Positions 42,100 to 52,879 are shown, counted from the first letter of the stretch. The stretch: DNA of 64,000 nt from Candidatus Heimdallarchaeota archaeon (GCA_030603365.1 JAUVXV010000003.1:192001-256000); one strand, 5' to 3'. Notes: generated by a model not told the origin, from the letters alone. Numbers and translations: made by a program.

Positions 42100-42954
42100 C
42101 TAAAGTTTTGTTGCTAACAATTCTAAAACATCTGAATCTTTTTCTGTCTTTAATAAATTTTCAAGAACATATTGAACATCCTGATCATCTAGTAAGATTA
42201 ATTTCTTTAGAATCTCAATTCGAATTTCATTATTCTTCTCTACTTGTAATTGTTTTGTAATGGTAAACAAAATGTCTTTATTTTCAGTTTTTTGTAGAAG
42301 ATAATATAGTAGTAACTTTCTAGTTTCCATATCGGGTTTCAGCTTGAAAAGATATAGAAAAACTTCTTGAATGTAAATATTATTAATTTGGTCACTTAGA
42401 ACTCTTATCATCCAGAGTCTAATTTTTCTCGATTTTTCAACGAACTTAATTCTTTTGATAAAAATATCTTGAATTTCTCTATCATGTATGATAGGTCTCA
42501 ATGTCCAGACTGTCCAAAGTCGAACTTTAGGGGAAATATCATCCAGTTTCTTTATCAAAAGATTTCTAATGTCACTATTTTCAATTAGGTCACCCAAATT
42601 AGAAATTGCTTTTGCTCTGCATAATGGGTAGTTGTCATCTTCAGCAATATCAATCAAGATCTCTTGGATTTTAGAATGATGCAATTGTTTTGTTAAACTA
42701 TCTACAATTTTAGCTCTTTCTTTATTTTTACCTGTGGATTTGTACTTATAAATTAAATCATCAATTTCGGAATCAGTAATTTCTTTTACTATTTCTTGCT
42801 TTATATTTTCTTCCACTATCTTTTCTAGTTCCAATTTTTTAATTGTGTCAATTTCATCTTTTTTTTCATTCTCTCTTGTTTTCTCTTCTTCTTCTGTCTT
42901 TTCTATCAAGATTTCAACCTTATCTCTATCAGATTCATGATTATTGTCAGACAA
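42100..42954 (-). CDS. HEAT-like repeat protein (start probably TTG 42954)
   Basis: L.D.SPKVRLW..W.L-type repeats; charged N-terminus. Confidence 0.7.
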   Translation of the reverse strand: MSDNNHESDRDKVEILIEKTEEEEKTRENEKKDEIDTIKKLELEKIVEENIKQEIVKEITDSEIDDLIYKYKSTGKNKERAKIVDSLTKQLHHSKIQEILIDIAEDDNYPLCRAKAISNLGDLIENSDIRNLLIKKLDDISPKVRLWTVWTLRPIIHDREIQDIFIKRIKFVEKSRKIRLWMIRVLSDQINNIYIQEVFLYLFKLKPDMETRKLLLYYLLQKTENKDILFTITKQLQVEKNNEIRIEILKKLILLDDQDVQYVLENLLKTEKDSDVLELLATKL

Positions 42955-43042
42955 TCCAATCCATAAAGTATTGTTCATGGCGCTTAAAAAACGTATCATT
43001 TCATTAGAAGAGCTTAAAAGTAACAATTATTCATTCTTGATT

Positions 43043-43681
43043 ATGGGTTATAAAATTGAATTGGAAGTATCTGGAGCTCTTAGAACAAATACTTACCTTC
43101 TTTACGATGAACAAACCAAAGAAGCAGCTCTTTTTGATGTTGGAGGAAAAATAAAAAAATTGCTTCAAATAATAAAGGATGAACAGCTTGAAGTAAAATA
43201 TATCTTTTGCACACATCTTCATTTTGATCATGCTCAAGGAGTAGACAAGGTCAGAAAGCTCTTTCCAGAAGCTAAACTTGCTTTTCATGAAAAAGAACTT
43301 GCAGTTCTAGAAAATTGTGGTCCTTTCGCCAAAATGTTTGGATTTAATCCTAAATCGCTTGGAACTTGTGATTTTTTTCTTAAGGATGACGAAGTTCATA
43401 AATTAGGCAATATAGATTTGAAGACAATACTTGCTCCAGGACATACTCCAGGTAGCATCTGTTTCTATTTCGAAGATTCTTTAATTTCTGGAGATGTACT
43501 GTTCTGCAGAGGTGTTGGTAGAACAGATCTTTATGGTGGCTCATATGAAACTTTGCTATCCTCTTTAAGCAAACTATACGAACTACCTGAATCAACAAAA
43601 GTTTACCCAGGACATGGGGAATTCACGAATATAGGGGATGAAAAGGAAGAGAACCCATTTTTCTCAATACATGATATTTGA
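43043..43681 (+). CDS. MBL-fold metallohydrolase, glyoxalase II/YcbL-like (start reassigned to ATG 43043)
   Basis: THLHFDH, PGHTPGS, SGDVLF, GRTDL, YPGHG. Confidence 0.92.
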   Translation: MGYKIELEVSGALRTNTYLLYDEQTKEAALFDVGGKIKKLLQIIKDEQLEVKYIFCTHLHFDHAQGVDKVRKLFPEAKLAFHEKELAVLENCGPFAKMFGFNPKSLGTCDFFLKDDEVHKLGNIDLKTILAPGHTPGSICFYFEDSLISGDVLFCRGVGRTDLYGGSYETLLSSLSKLYELPESTKVYPGHGEFTNIGDEKEENPFFSIHDI

Positions 43682-43685
43682 TGAA

Positions 43686-44345
43686 TTATCCGTTACTGAT
43701 AATTTTCTCTATTTTTTCTTTTATCTGAATGAAATTAGTGAAAGTAATTAATCTCTCATCTTCCTCAAGTTTGTTAGCTAAGTCTTCATTCTCTCTGGCA
43801 AAAACAATATCAGCTAATTCATTCGCAGGAAAAATATCAGAAAGACCATCTCCAATGTAGATAATTTTGGTATCGTTTTTCTTTAACTCCTGTACGTGAG
43901 AATATTTACAGTTTGCACAATCATGCTCGCACTTTTCTGTTAAGAAATCAATCTTAATTTTACCATTTTCTAATTTCATATCATTTGCTTTGATCTCAAG
44001 GTTTTGATCATTTATCTGGTGATTTTGCAATATTTTTTTGATATATGTTTTGAAACCGTCTGATAAAATAAGAAACATAAGATCTTTTTTCCTGACCCAT
44101 TTGTAAAAATCTTTGAACGTTGGATCAATCTCGATTCTATTTACTATTGAGTTAATTTCATCCATAGATGTAGAATCAATCATCCCCCATTGTTTAACTA
44201 AGGCTGCCCTTGTGCCAATTTCACCATTTATTACTAACTCATCATAGTATTGCCAATTTTTATCAGTGAGATTTGTGAGAAGCTCTTTTCCAGTGTCTTT
44301 TAGAGTTATTGTACCATCAAAATCGCAACAGATTATATAGTTCAT
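43686..44345 (-). CDS. HAD-IB phosphatase, MtnX-like
   Basis: DFDGTIT, LSDG, CK, YIGDGLSD. Confidence 0.88.
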   Translation of the reverse strand: MNYIICCDFDGTITLKDTGKELLTNLTDKNWQYYDELVINGEIGTRAALVKQWGMIDSTSMDEINSIVNRIEIDPTFKDFYKWVRKKDLMFLILSDGFKTYIKKILQNHQINDQNLEIKANDMKLENGKIKIDFLTEKCEHDCANCKYSHVQELKKNDTKIIYIGDGLSDIFPANELADIVFARENEDLANKLEEDERLITFTNFIQIKEKIEKIISNG

Positions 44346-44477
44346 TGAAAAAAAATGTAAAAATACACAGAAAAACCTTACTGTTTCATCCTTTGTTACT
44401 TATTTGGTTAGTTATATATATGTTAAAGATGTGAATTTGAATTAGAGGTGTAAACCATCGAAACACTCGAATCTTTA

Positions 44478-45824
44478 ATGAAAATTGCTAATGAGCAAGG
44501 AACATCCTATGCTGACATCAGGTCTGGGAAAACAATTATAAAGAACATTATAGCAAAGAATGGTCAGATTGTTGATGAGAAGAATTGCATAAATTCAGGA
44601 TATGGAATCAGGATGCTCTCGGAGGGTATTGAAACATTTTCTTCAATACCAAATCCTAAATTTGCTGAGAAAGAAATTAAGAAAGCAATTAGTGTTTCGA
44701 AGTTACTAACGAATTGGAAAAAGGGAATATCAGATTTAGCTGATGCTCCGGTTTCTGAAGCAAATGTTGTGAGGAAACCAAAAATAGATTGGGAAACATT
44801 GGATAAAATAGATCTTGAAGAAAAAATAAAGGATCTTAATGTCTTCATTGATGAATTTCTCAAAGTAGAGAGTGAAGTTGAAACAGATATTCAACTAATT
44901 AAATGGTCAGAAAGATTTGTTAATTCAGATGGTTCTGATGTTTATCAAGAATTTCCTTATATTATACTTACACTTACAGGTAGAATTTTTAAAAATTCTC
45001 ACCAGGTTAAATATTACAAATCTTACGGAGGAATGGGAGGCATTGAAATTCTTCCATTTGATAATCCTGAGGAAACTCTAAGCTTTATTGAAGTAATTAA
45101 TAACCTTCCTCAAGCTTCTATAGTTAAAACTGGCTTGTATAATTCCGTTTTAAGTGAAGATATGGCATGGACTTTGAACCACGAAGTTTTTGGGCATTCA
45201 CTTGAAGCTGACAATGTTCTATCTGGAAGATCTTTCAGTAGCGGATTGATGGGAATGAAGATTGCACCTACAATTATTAGTGTGATTGATGACCCCTATA
45301 TAGAATCTCTAGGATACTATGAATTCGATTCTGAAGGAGTAAAAGGAAGAGGTACTTTACTTGTTGATGAAGGTATTCTAACTGATTTCCTCCAAAGTAG
45401 AATAACAGCATCTGCTATGGGAACTGAATCAAGTTCCAATTATAGAGCATATAACTTTGAGTATCTACCTCAAGTTAGAATGAGTAACTTCTTCTTTGAA
45501 CCAAAAGATTTCTCTGAAGAAGAACTTCTTGAACATGTTAAAAATGGTCTTTACATAGGAGATGGATTAGGAGGTTCGTCAGAACCACAAACAGGAGAAT
45601 ACAATCTAGATGCTCAATATGGTAGAGAAATAGTCGATGGAGAATTAGGAAATTATATTTTGCAATTTCAAGTAAGCGGTCGAATGCTAGAAACATTGTC
45701 AAAAATAGAATGCATAAGTAATAAAATTCTTGCACAACCAGGGAGCTGTGTTAAAAATAACCAACGAGTATTTGTAGGTTCTATTGGACCCAAAATAACA
45801 GTGAATGAGATGAGGGTGAGCTAA
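44478..45824 (+). CDS. tldD: TldD metalloprotease
   Basis: HEVFGHSLEAD (HExxGH), FDSEG, VRMSN, GSC.K. Confidence 0.9.
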   Translation: MKIANEQGTSYADIRSGKTIIKNIIAKNGQIVDEKNCINSGYGIRMLSEGIETFSSIPNPKFAEKEIKKAISVSKLLTNWKKGISDLADAPVSEANVVRKPKIDWETLDKIDLEEKIKDLNVFIDEFLKVESEVETDIQLIKWSERFVNSDGSDVYQEFPYIILTLTGRIFKNSHQVKYYKSYGGMGGIEILPFDNPEETLSFIEVINNLPQASIVKTGLYNSVLSEDMAWTLNHEVFGHSLEADNVLSGRSFSSGLMGMKIAPTIISVIDDPYIESLGYYEFDSEGVKGRGTLLVDEGILTDFLQSRITASAMGTESSSNYRAYNFEYLPQVRMSNFFFEPKDFSEEELLEHVKNGLYIGDGLGGSSEPQTGEYNLDAQYGREIVDGELGNYILQFQVSGRMLETLSKIECISNKILAQPGSCVKNNQRVFVGSIGPKITVNEMRVS

Positions 45825-47179
45825 TGTATACAGATGAGGAAATTAAAGACTTAGCTGCTAAAGTTCTAAAGAAATTAGAACAAAAACTAAATCTAGCTGA
45901 AGCTGAGGTTTACATTCAATCTCTTTCTCACATGTTAGGAGGAAATGAATATAGAACACCCAAAGTATTTCAATCCATCAACAGAGAAGGATGCGCTATC
46001 AGATATTATAAAGATAACAGGCTTTATTTTGCATGTTTTCCCTTAAGAACTGTTTTATCTGACATCGACAAAATAACTTCAGTTACAACATTTCCAATTA
46101 TATGTAAGAAGTTTGAGTTCCCTGAAATAAAAATGGCTCCTACTGAAATTTCTAAGATTTATGATAAAAGAATAGCTTCGATGAATGAAGAAGAAATATA
46201 CACTCTTTCTTACTCTATGAGTAACGCAGATGAGACTATGGAAGATATAATTCTAGATGGATCTATAAGATTATCACTAGAAAGAAAAGCAATTGCTAAT
46301 ACAACACATTCTATTGCTTTTGAGAAAAGCACTTGGTGTGATATTGATTTACGTGCTCTTTATCGTGGCTACAACATGATTTCTAGTGCTGAAAAACATC
46401 TAACAAGTAGACAAATTCCTAGTTCTGTTTCAAGTATTGCAGAAGATCTAGTGAATGAAACCATTCGTAGATCGACCTTGAACGAAAATATGTCAGATTT
46501 AGATATACCCGTAATTTTTTCACCTATGGCTTTATCACAGATTTTTTCTTTTACTGTTGTTCCCAAATTAATAGTTAAAGAGGATCAAACACTTCCAAAT
46601 ATGGAATTTTCAGAAGATTTCAATTTAGTCGATGATGGTACAGTTCCAGGACTACCAAATTCAACAGCTTTTGATGATGAAGGTATAAGTCAATCTAAAA
46701 CTCAAATTATAAGAAATGGTAGTTTTGTTTCAGCTCTAAATAACAGTCAAAATACTCGAGGTTCTGAAGAACGTACTGGTAATTCATTTAGAGTGAAAAT
46801 GTTTGAAGTTTTTCCTAGAAACTATCAAGCTTATCCTGAAATTTTTCCTTCAAATCTAATTGTAGGAGAAGGAACAGTATCGTTGGAGGAATACTTAGAA
46901 GAAACCAAAGAATGTATTTTGATCAACTCCACTCATGGATACATGACAGCTGACTACCATTCTGGTACTTTTAAAATATCTGCTAATGATGCTTATCGAG
47001 TGGAAAATGGAACCATAGCTGGAGCATTACCTACTTTTGATGTTATTGGGAATATGTTTGAAGTTTTGCAGAATAATCCTGTTTTTCTCAAAGACAGAAA
47101 AGTTGTTCGTCCTGTAAACACTCCTTACAGTATTTTGACACCTTTTATTGCAACTGAAGAAACAACTATATTCCCATAA
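45824..47179 (+). CDS. pmbA: PmbA/TldE partner subunit
   Basis: DDG...FDDEG, TGNS, PSNL; lacks HExxH; coupled to tldD through the TAATG overlap. Confidence 0.85.
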   Translation: MYTDEEIKDLAAKVLKKLEQKLNLAEAEVYIQSLSHMLGGNEYRTPKVFQSINREGCAIRYYKDNRLYFACFPLRTVLSDIDKITSVTTFPIICKKFEFPEIKMAPTEISKIYDKRIASMNEEEIYTLSYSMSNADETMEDIILDGSIRLSLERKAIANTTHSIAFEKSTWCDIDLRALYRGYNMISSAEKHLTSRQIPSSVSSIAEDLVNETIRRSTLNENMSDLDIPVIFSPMALSQIFSFTVVPKLIVKEDQTLPNMEFSEDFNLVDDGTVPGLPNSTAFDDEGISQSKTQIIRNGSFVSALNNSQNTRGSEERTGNSFRVKMFEVFPRNYQAYPEIFPSNLIVGEGTVSLEEYLEETKECILINSTHGYMTADYHSGTFKISANDAYRVENGTIAGALPTFDVIGNMFEVLQNNPVFLKDRKVVRPVNTPYSILTPFIATEETTIFP

Positions 47180-47272
47180 ATTACTATTTCAGTCTATTTA
47201 GGAAAAACCAGTTCGAAAAAGTTTAAAAATGCAGATGATTTCCGAAAACTAAAAGAAACACCTCAATATTCG

Positions 47273-48766
47273 GTGATATCATATATGAAAAAACAATTCT
47301 TTATACCTTTGATTCTACTTACACTTTTGTGTAGTGTCAATTTTATCTCAACAAGTATGAGTAAATTAGATGATAATCAAACTTTTCAACCAGAACTGAA
47401 TGCAGGTATTAGACCTGTTTTTGCAGGAACTGATGAGAATGCAACAGAAGTTTACTCAAGACATCCAACTATTCAAAGGGGAGCATTATATCAAGCAGAT
47501 ATTTATGATAATGTTACTTTCTGGTATACATATCAAGGAGGAGATAACAATTCAGCACCTTTTCTTTTCATAGATGATGGGAATGATACATACAATCCAG
47601 AAGGAGAACGTATGCAATTTGATGAAGCAAAAACAGTCATAGAATCTGATGGCTCTGCTTATTATAACTTTACATTTAATATGACTTCAAACTTCTTCGC
47701 ATTTAGAGCACGTTATGGAGAATTTGAAGATGATTTCGGTCTTTATAATATTATAACCGCCGATGAAACATGGGTAAGGTCTTTCTTCTGGGAATCATAT
47801 TATACACAGTTGGAAGATATCAATATGAATTTGACAATATACAACTACAATATTACTGGATATGGTTTCAAATATAGAGATGTTTCTGAAAATTATGATG
47901 GTGATTTTGAAAATATTACTGTTTCGTTAGATGTAGGAGGAGAAGAAAGAACTCTCAATGAATCCTTCTCTCACTCATTTGATAGTGAAACTCTTGTACA
48001 AGTTCAGGCCTTTATAATTCAACGTGACAATATGACAGGAACAAATAGAACATTCAGTGAAAATTGGATAAATGTCTTTACAGTTGCTGATGCAACACCT
48101 GTAATTGAACTGGTAGTTCCTAAATACACAAATGTGTTAAATGTAAGCCTTAAATGGAATACTACAGTACTAAATGGAAACATAACCGCCTTCGAGATTG
48201 ACTGGGGTGATTTATCTGGAATTCAAATAATTAATATTTCAGATCACAATTACAACCATGTGTATGCTAGTGTAGGTGAGTATAATATCACAGCATTTGC
48301 TTATGCAAATTTCTTGGTTTCAAATGAGACTGTAACTGTTTTAATAGAACAGATCAATCCTATTGGGAGCGTAAAAATCATATCTCCAACAGGTGTAATT
48401 CTTATACCAAACTCCACATATGTGCACCAAATTATAGTTGAAACAAAACAACTGGATTTCATACTTAATGGAAGCGATTCTGGAGGAAGTGGTATCGAGA
48501 GAATAATTCTATCAACCGATGAAGGAAATGCTGTAGAACTAGGTGAAGACGGAGTAGTGACTATTCATTTCATGGAACTGGGACATCGAACATTGACTAT
48601 TACTGTAATAGATCTAGCAGGAAATGAGTTTAGCGATTCATTTGTAATCTTTCTAGAGCTGAAAGAACTTCCTGGTGATCATCCAGTACCTTTCCCATTT
48701 GGAATAACTACAGTAATTGGTTTCGTTTCAATTGCAGTATTCTTGTATCTAAGAAAGAAGAAATAA
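47273..48766 (+). CDS. Surface glycoprotein with a PKD/Ig-like domain and a C-terminal anchor
   Basis: Signal peptide; many NxS/T sequons; IDWGD...HVYASVGEYNIT; DLAGN; TM plus RKKK. Confidence 0.8.
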   Translation: MISYMKKQFFIPLILLTLLCSVNFISTSMSKLDDNQTFQPELNAGIRPVFAGTDENATEVYSRHPTIQRGALYQADIYDNVTFWYTYQGGDNNSAPFLFIDDGNDTYNPEGERMQFDEAKTVIESDGSAYYNFTFNMTSNFFAFRARYGEFEDDFGLYNIITADETWVRSFFWESYYTQLEDINMNLTIYNYNITGYGFKYRDVSENYDGDFENITVSLDVGGEERTLNESFSHSFDSETLVQVQAFIIQRDNMTGTNRTFSENWINVFTVADATPVIELVVPKYTNVLNVSLKWNTTVLNGNITAFEIDWGDLSGIQIINISDHNYNHVYASVGEYNITAFAYANFLVSNETVTVLIEQINPIGSVKIISPTGVILIPNSTYVHQIIVETKQLDFILNGSDSGGSGIERIILSTDEGNAVELGEDGVVTIHFMELGHRTLTITVIDLAGNEFSDSFVIFLELKELPGDHPVPFPFGITTVIGFVSIAVFLYLRKKK

Positions 48767-48826
48767 CTTCTTTTCTTTTTCCATTTCTTTTTGAAATATT
48801 CATTTAATACAGAAAAATAGAGTAAA

Positions 48827-48845
48827 AGAGATGAAATTCATCTCT
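48827..48845. terminator. Near-perfect palindrome between convergent genes
   Basis: agagatgaa-a-ttcatctct. Confidence 0.35.
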
Positions 48846-48871
48846 CATACCTATTGTTAACTTAATAGTTT

Positions 48872-49258
48872 TTATTCTTTCCAAGCGGTTGCAGAAATCT
48901 CAATATCTACATCTTTTGGTAATCTTTGTGCTTCAAAAGCTACCCTAGCAGGTGGATCTTCAACAAAATACTTAGCAAATATTTCGTTCATCTTGGAAAA
49001 TTGTTCCATATCTTTCAAATAGACTCTGCATCTAACAACATCTGAAAGAGTATAACCAGCTTCTAATACTATTGCTTTAATATTTTCAAGAACTTGTTTT
49101 GTTGCTGCTTGGATATCTCCGTAAATGATTTCACCAGTTTCTGGATTAGCAGGAATTTGACCGGCAACATACAAAAAATTACCAGCTTGAATTGCTTGGG
49201 AATAGGGTCCTACGGGAGCTGGAGCTTTGTCAGTTAAAATAACTTTTTTTGAAGTCAT
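48872..49258 (-). CDS. ridA: RidA/YjgF enamine-imine deaminase (start reassigned to ATG 49258)
   Basis: [27 protein letters not shown]. Confidence 0.93.
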   Translation of the reverse strand: MTSKKVILTDKAPAPVGPYSQAIQAGNFLYVAGQIPANPETGEIIYGDIQAATKQVLENIKAIVLEAGYTLSDVVRCRVYLKDMEQFSKMNEIFAKYFVEDPPARVAFEAQRLPKDVDIEISATAWKE

Positions 49259-49295
49259 AGTTAAACGGAAACCATACTCAACATAAAGTTTTGCC

Positions 49296-50177
49296 TTAGG
49301 ATTTTCTAGACCATATCTCAAGAATTCTGAAAATCAACCCAACTCCAAAATTTAATGCTGTTCTGTTTTTTCTGCTATAACTGACTTCAACAAAATCAAC
49401 ATATTTGGTCTTTGGAAGTAGAATATTCAAAATATCTACCAATATATTAGGAGTTATTCCAAAAGGTTCTTTTGTTGCTACAGTCGGAACAAAAGCTTGG
49501 TCCAAAGCATCAGCATCTATGCTTAGGTAGATTGTTCTAAAATTAGATGAAAAATCCTTAATTTTGTTTAAACATTCTTCTTTATCTTCAAACAATTTTT
49601 GTGTTGCGATATAATTTGTAACTTTATCGTTTTGTATTTTTCGAAATTCATTAGATGTTAAAGTATAAGCATGTCCTCCTATGAATAGCATCTGTTCTTT
49701 CTTTAATTGTAGCTCTTCCTTCAAATTTGTAAATACTGTTCCGTGAGATTTGAATATGCCTGGAGGATATTCGTCTGCTAAATCAGAGTGAGCATCAATC
49801 CAAACTAGAGCAGTGTCATTATTCCATGGTGCATTGATAATAGTATCATATGTTATACTATGATCTCCTCCCAGAACTAGAATCTTTGAATTTGTTTTAA
49901 TGGCTTTTTCCCAGATTTCTTTTATATATTTTTTCTGTTTAATCGGGTGTACATTCCCTAAATCATAGAAACTTGTTTTCTCCTCAATAATATTGAAGTC
50001 TGTAGAAATCCCGCTGAATTCAAGAGATTGTTTTCTCAAAGCATCTGGAGCTTTTTTTGAACCTCCTTTGGTTGCTTTAACTCTTTCAAATGGTATACCG
50101 AATAGCAATACAGATTCTTTTTTTTCTATTGATTCAACATTGTCAGCTTTAAAAAAGCCTATGAAAGTATTTTTCAT
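49296..50177 (-). CDS. speB: Ureohydrolase (agmatinase/arginase family)
   Basis: [24 protein letters not shown]. Confidence 0.85.
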   Translation of the reverse strand: MKNTFIGFFKADNVESIEKKESVLLFGIPFERVKATKGGSKKAPDALRKQSLEFSGISTDFNIIEEKTSFYDLGNVHPIKQKKYIKEIWEKAIKTNSKILVLGGDHSITYDTIINAPWNNDTALVWIDAHSDLADEYPPGIFKSHGTVFTNLKEELQLKKEQMLFIGGHAYTLTSNEFRKIQNDKVTNYIATQKLFEDKEECLNKIKDFSSNFRTIYLSIDADALDQAFVPTVATKEPFGITPNILVDILNILLPKTKYVDFVEVSYSRKNRTALNFGVGLIFRILEIWSRKS

Positions 50178-50220
50178 TTTCAAATATTAGATTTAAACCA
50201 TCAAATAAATCTTTTTTGTT

Positions 50221-52734
50221 TTATTGCTCTCTAAGGTAATAATCAGGAGATGTCACATATCTCTTTTCATCGTCAGTTTCTCCAACCTCTATATCTGTAT
50301 AAATATCTGCCATAATTTCTTTATCACTAATATCAGCAAGGATTTTTCTTTTATCAACAGAGATAATCCTACTTAGCTCTATTGCTTTTGGATTAAATTT
50401 CTCCATGGTTTCTTGCATTTCATCTAGATCTCCAATTTTGCCAATAAGGTTCATGAAAGTCATTACAATATCTGGTCTGAGAGCAACTTGGGGGGCTATG
50501 CTTAATTGCTTACCAATAGAGATTGCCAGGTTATCAATGAAATTTTGATCATTTTCAAACAGTGATGCAGGTTTGGTACTGATGAATGATGCAATAAGTA
50601 ACAAATCTATAGAAGTCCAAAGGTATAAAACTGGTTTTTCTTTCAATTGAAGATTATATACAACTCCTATCTCGGTGCCTTTAACATTTTCAACTACTTT
50701 TCCTTCTAAGTCAAAAACCTCATTTAATTCAAATGCTGTACCCCCAAAACTTACTTGAATTGAATTGCCTACAAGTCTCACAGTACCTAATGAATAAAGT
50801 ATGAATTTAGAATTCTCAATGCTATCAGGAAGAATTCCTGTATTTTTCTCAATTGAAATACGTTTTAGCATATCAATTTGTTGAACTTCCTCTTCAGTTC
50901 TGTTATATTCTTCAGCAAACTCTTTTATTATACGGCTTTTCTTTTCTTGAGGTGTAAGAGTCGATACATACATTGGACTAGTATCTTCTTCTTCATGTAA
51001 GAAATCATAAATCTGTTTGTACAAATCTTGTGAAATATTTTTCTTCTCAACAACTAAGAAGTAACCTTTCATGGGATGATATATGACTGAATGTGCTTTT
51101 CCAATTTGTTGATTAAAGATATTCCTAACATATATTACGTCCTTTTCCGCTATTCTGTTATTGATCATATTACTTTCTGTAGGATTGAAGAAAGGTAAAA
51201 TTTCTCCATTCTTAATGATGTGCTGACTATTTACCTTCATTTCTCTTGCTGTTTTTTCAACAGAACTATTAGGGATAAATAAATAGCCTTTAGTTTGAGA
51301 TATAACATCTCTTAATTCTTGAGTTAGAGGGATTTCAAGTCTTCTACAATATTCTATAATTGCATCAGGAACCAAATAAGTAAAAGGCATTTGTGGGATT
51401 GTTTTAGGTAATTCATTTAGTAAGAATTCTTTTTTCTCAAGTTCTGATTCTAATTCTGCTTCTTTTCCTGTTGGAGTTACAATATGATCAAAAATTCTTC
51501 TTATCATCGATAAAGAAATCTCACGCTGTTGTTTCACAATTATTCCAAAGTTTTCATTTAATTGTCCAGGACCAACAACAAATCCGACAAGATCATTTTG
51601 TTCATCTATTACAGGCTTTCCTGAATATCTCCAAAGAGTCTTTAGTTCCGATAGTAATTTATAATCAATTTCTCTGCTTGAAGCACTTGTTGCAACCTTC
51701 AGTTGCTGTTTGAATTGTAAGGAACTAATAATTTCACTGTATTTCTGAATTCTAGTTTCCATAGCGAGTGATAAATCTTTGAAGTAAGGTGTGATGATTT
51801 CTTGGTATTTTAGATGCTCACCATATATTTGATCCATTGCATCCAAATCCTTTGCATAATCATTAATGTCATCATCAAGTAATTCTTCGTAAATTTCTAG
51901 CTGCCGAATTTTTCTATCTATATCTTCATTTTGCAAAGAGGAGAGTTTAGGTTGATTGTTCTCCTTAAACATCCTGAATTTTTCTTTTTCTTGTTGTATG
52001 ACAACTTTCCATTTGAGTGTATCCTGAGCTGCTTTCTTTAATATCGGACGATGACGGATAACTCTTTCATTTATGTCATAAATAATGCCCTTAAGCTCTT
52101 TCTTATCAGTAATCATTCTTCTTAAGCGATTGATATTTTCACTTAACTCATTATTAAACAGAAGAAAATTATTGTGTGTGTTTTTGTATAGATGTTCTCT
52201 ATTGACTGTAAATAGTAATTCTGATAGTTTGTAAAAATGTTGAAACACTTTGTGTTGTTTAGCCTCAACTTCGTTATGTCTCTTCATATATTCTTGATCA
52301 TCTATTATATTAGTAACGTAATCTTGCTCTAGTTCCATTTCTTCCTCAAATGTTTTTGTAGCAGCTTTGATAGCCATATACATAACATAACGGATTTTGA
52401 GTTCTTCTATTTCAACTGGAGGAATCTCATTTAATTCAATTTCAGGAAATTGAATAGCTGGTTCTTCTTCAACTGGAATGATTTCAATGGCTTCCCCTCT
52501 TTCAATCTCTTGAATATCGGTTTCTAGCTTAGGTAATATCTGTTGTGAATCATGTATTGAAACTTCTTCTTGTGAAACTAAACCAGAAGGTAAACTAGAT
52601 AGAATCTCTTTATATTTATTCTTTAAAGTTTGATAGGTTCTTCTGTCAATAGACCCTCTAATGTACCTTAAATCAAGGTCTCTGATAAATCTAAGAATTC
52701 TTCTCTTCTTTATATTGATATCATCGTCAGACAT
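50221..52734 (-). CDS. Large coiled-coil protein with SHOCT/CdvA-like helical motifs and three PRC-barrel-like repeats
   Basis: LDLRYIRGSIDRRTYQTLKNKY and ELEQDYVTNIIDDQEYMKR; PRC-like GKPVIDEQNDLVGFV, VRNIFNQQIGKA and GKVVENVKGTEIGVV. Confidence 0.6.
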   Translation of the reverse strand: MSDDDINIKKRRILRFIRDLDLRYIRGSIDRRTYQTLKNKYKEILSSLPSGLVSQEEVSIHDSQQILPKLETDIQEIERGEAIEIIPVEEEPAIQFPEIELNEIPPVEIEELKIRYVMYMAIKAATKTFEEEMELEQDYVTNIIDDQEYMKRHNEVEAKQHKVFQHFYKLSELLFTVNREHLYKNTHNNFLLFNNELSENINRLRRMITDKKELKGIIYDINERVIRHRPILKKAAQDTLKWKVVIQQEKEKFRMFKENNQPKLSSLQNEDIDRKIRQLEIYEELLDDDINDYAKDLDAMDQIYGEHLKYQEIITPYFKDLSLAMETRIQKYSEIISSLQFKQQLKVATSASSREIDYKLLSELKTLWRYSGKPVIDEQNDLVGFVVGPGQLNENFGIIVKQQREISLSMIRRIFDHIVTPTGKEAELESELEKKEFLLNELPKTIPQMPFTYLVPDAIIEYCRRLEIPLTQELRDVISQTKGYLFIPNSSVEKTAREMKVNSQHIIKNGEILPFFNPTESNMINNRIAEKDVIYVRNIFNQQIGKAHSVIYHPMKGYFLVVEKKNISQDLYKQIYDFLHEEEDTSPMYVSTLTPQEKKSRIIKEFAEEYNRTEEEVQQIDMLKRISIEKNTGILPDSIENSKFILYSLGTVRLVGNSIQVSFGGTAFELNEVFDLEGKVVENVKGTEIGVVYNLQLKEKPVLYLWTSIDLLLIASFISTKPASLFENDQNFIDNLAISIGKQLSIAPQVALRPDIVMTFMNLIGKIGDLDEMQETMEKFNPKAIELSRIISVDKRKILADISDKEIMADIYTDIEVGETDDEKRYVTSPDYYLREQ

Positions 52735-52784
52735 TATTATACAGAAGTATAAGTTTCACCTACAAATATGTTACTAAAATATCA

Positions 52785-52848
52785 ATTTAATATAAGACTT
52801 TAATTGTGATTAAAGATACCCATAAGAAAACATTAATATTTAATATAA
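52785..52848. promoter_or_regulatory. Divergent promoter region with a repeated ATTTAATATAA element
   Basis: atttaatataa at 52785-52795 and 52838-52848, the second about 30 nt before the profilin ATG. Confidence 0.35.
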
Positions 52849-52879
52849 ATCAAGAATATGCTGTAAGGATGAATGTTAA

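Noticed and set aside
42944-43042. Overlapping N-terminal extensions of the HEAT-like and MBL ORFs
   Set aside because: Artefact of longest-ORF calling; starts at 42954 (minus) and 43043 (plus) leave a normal divergent gap
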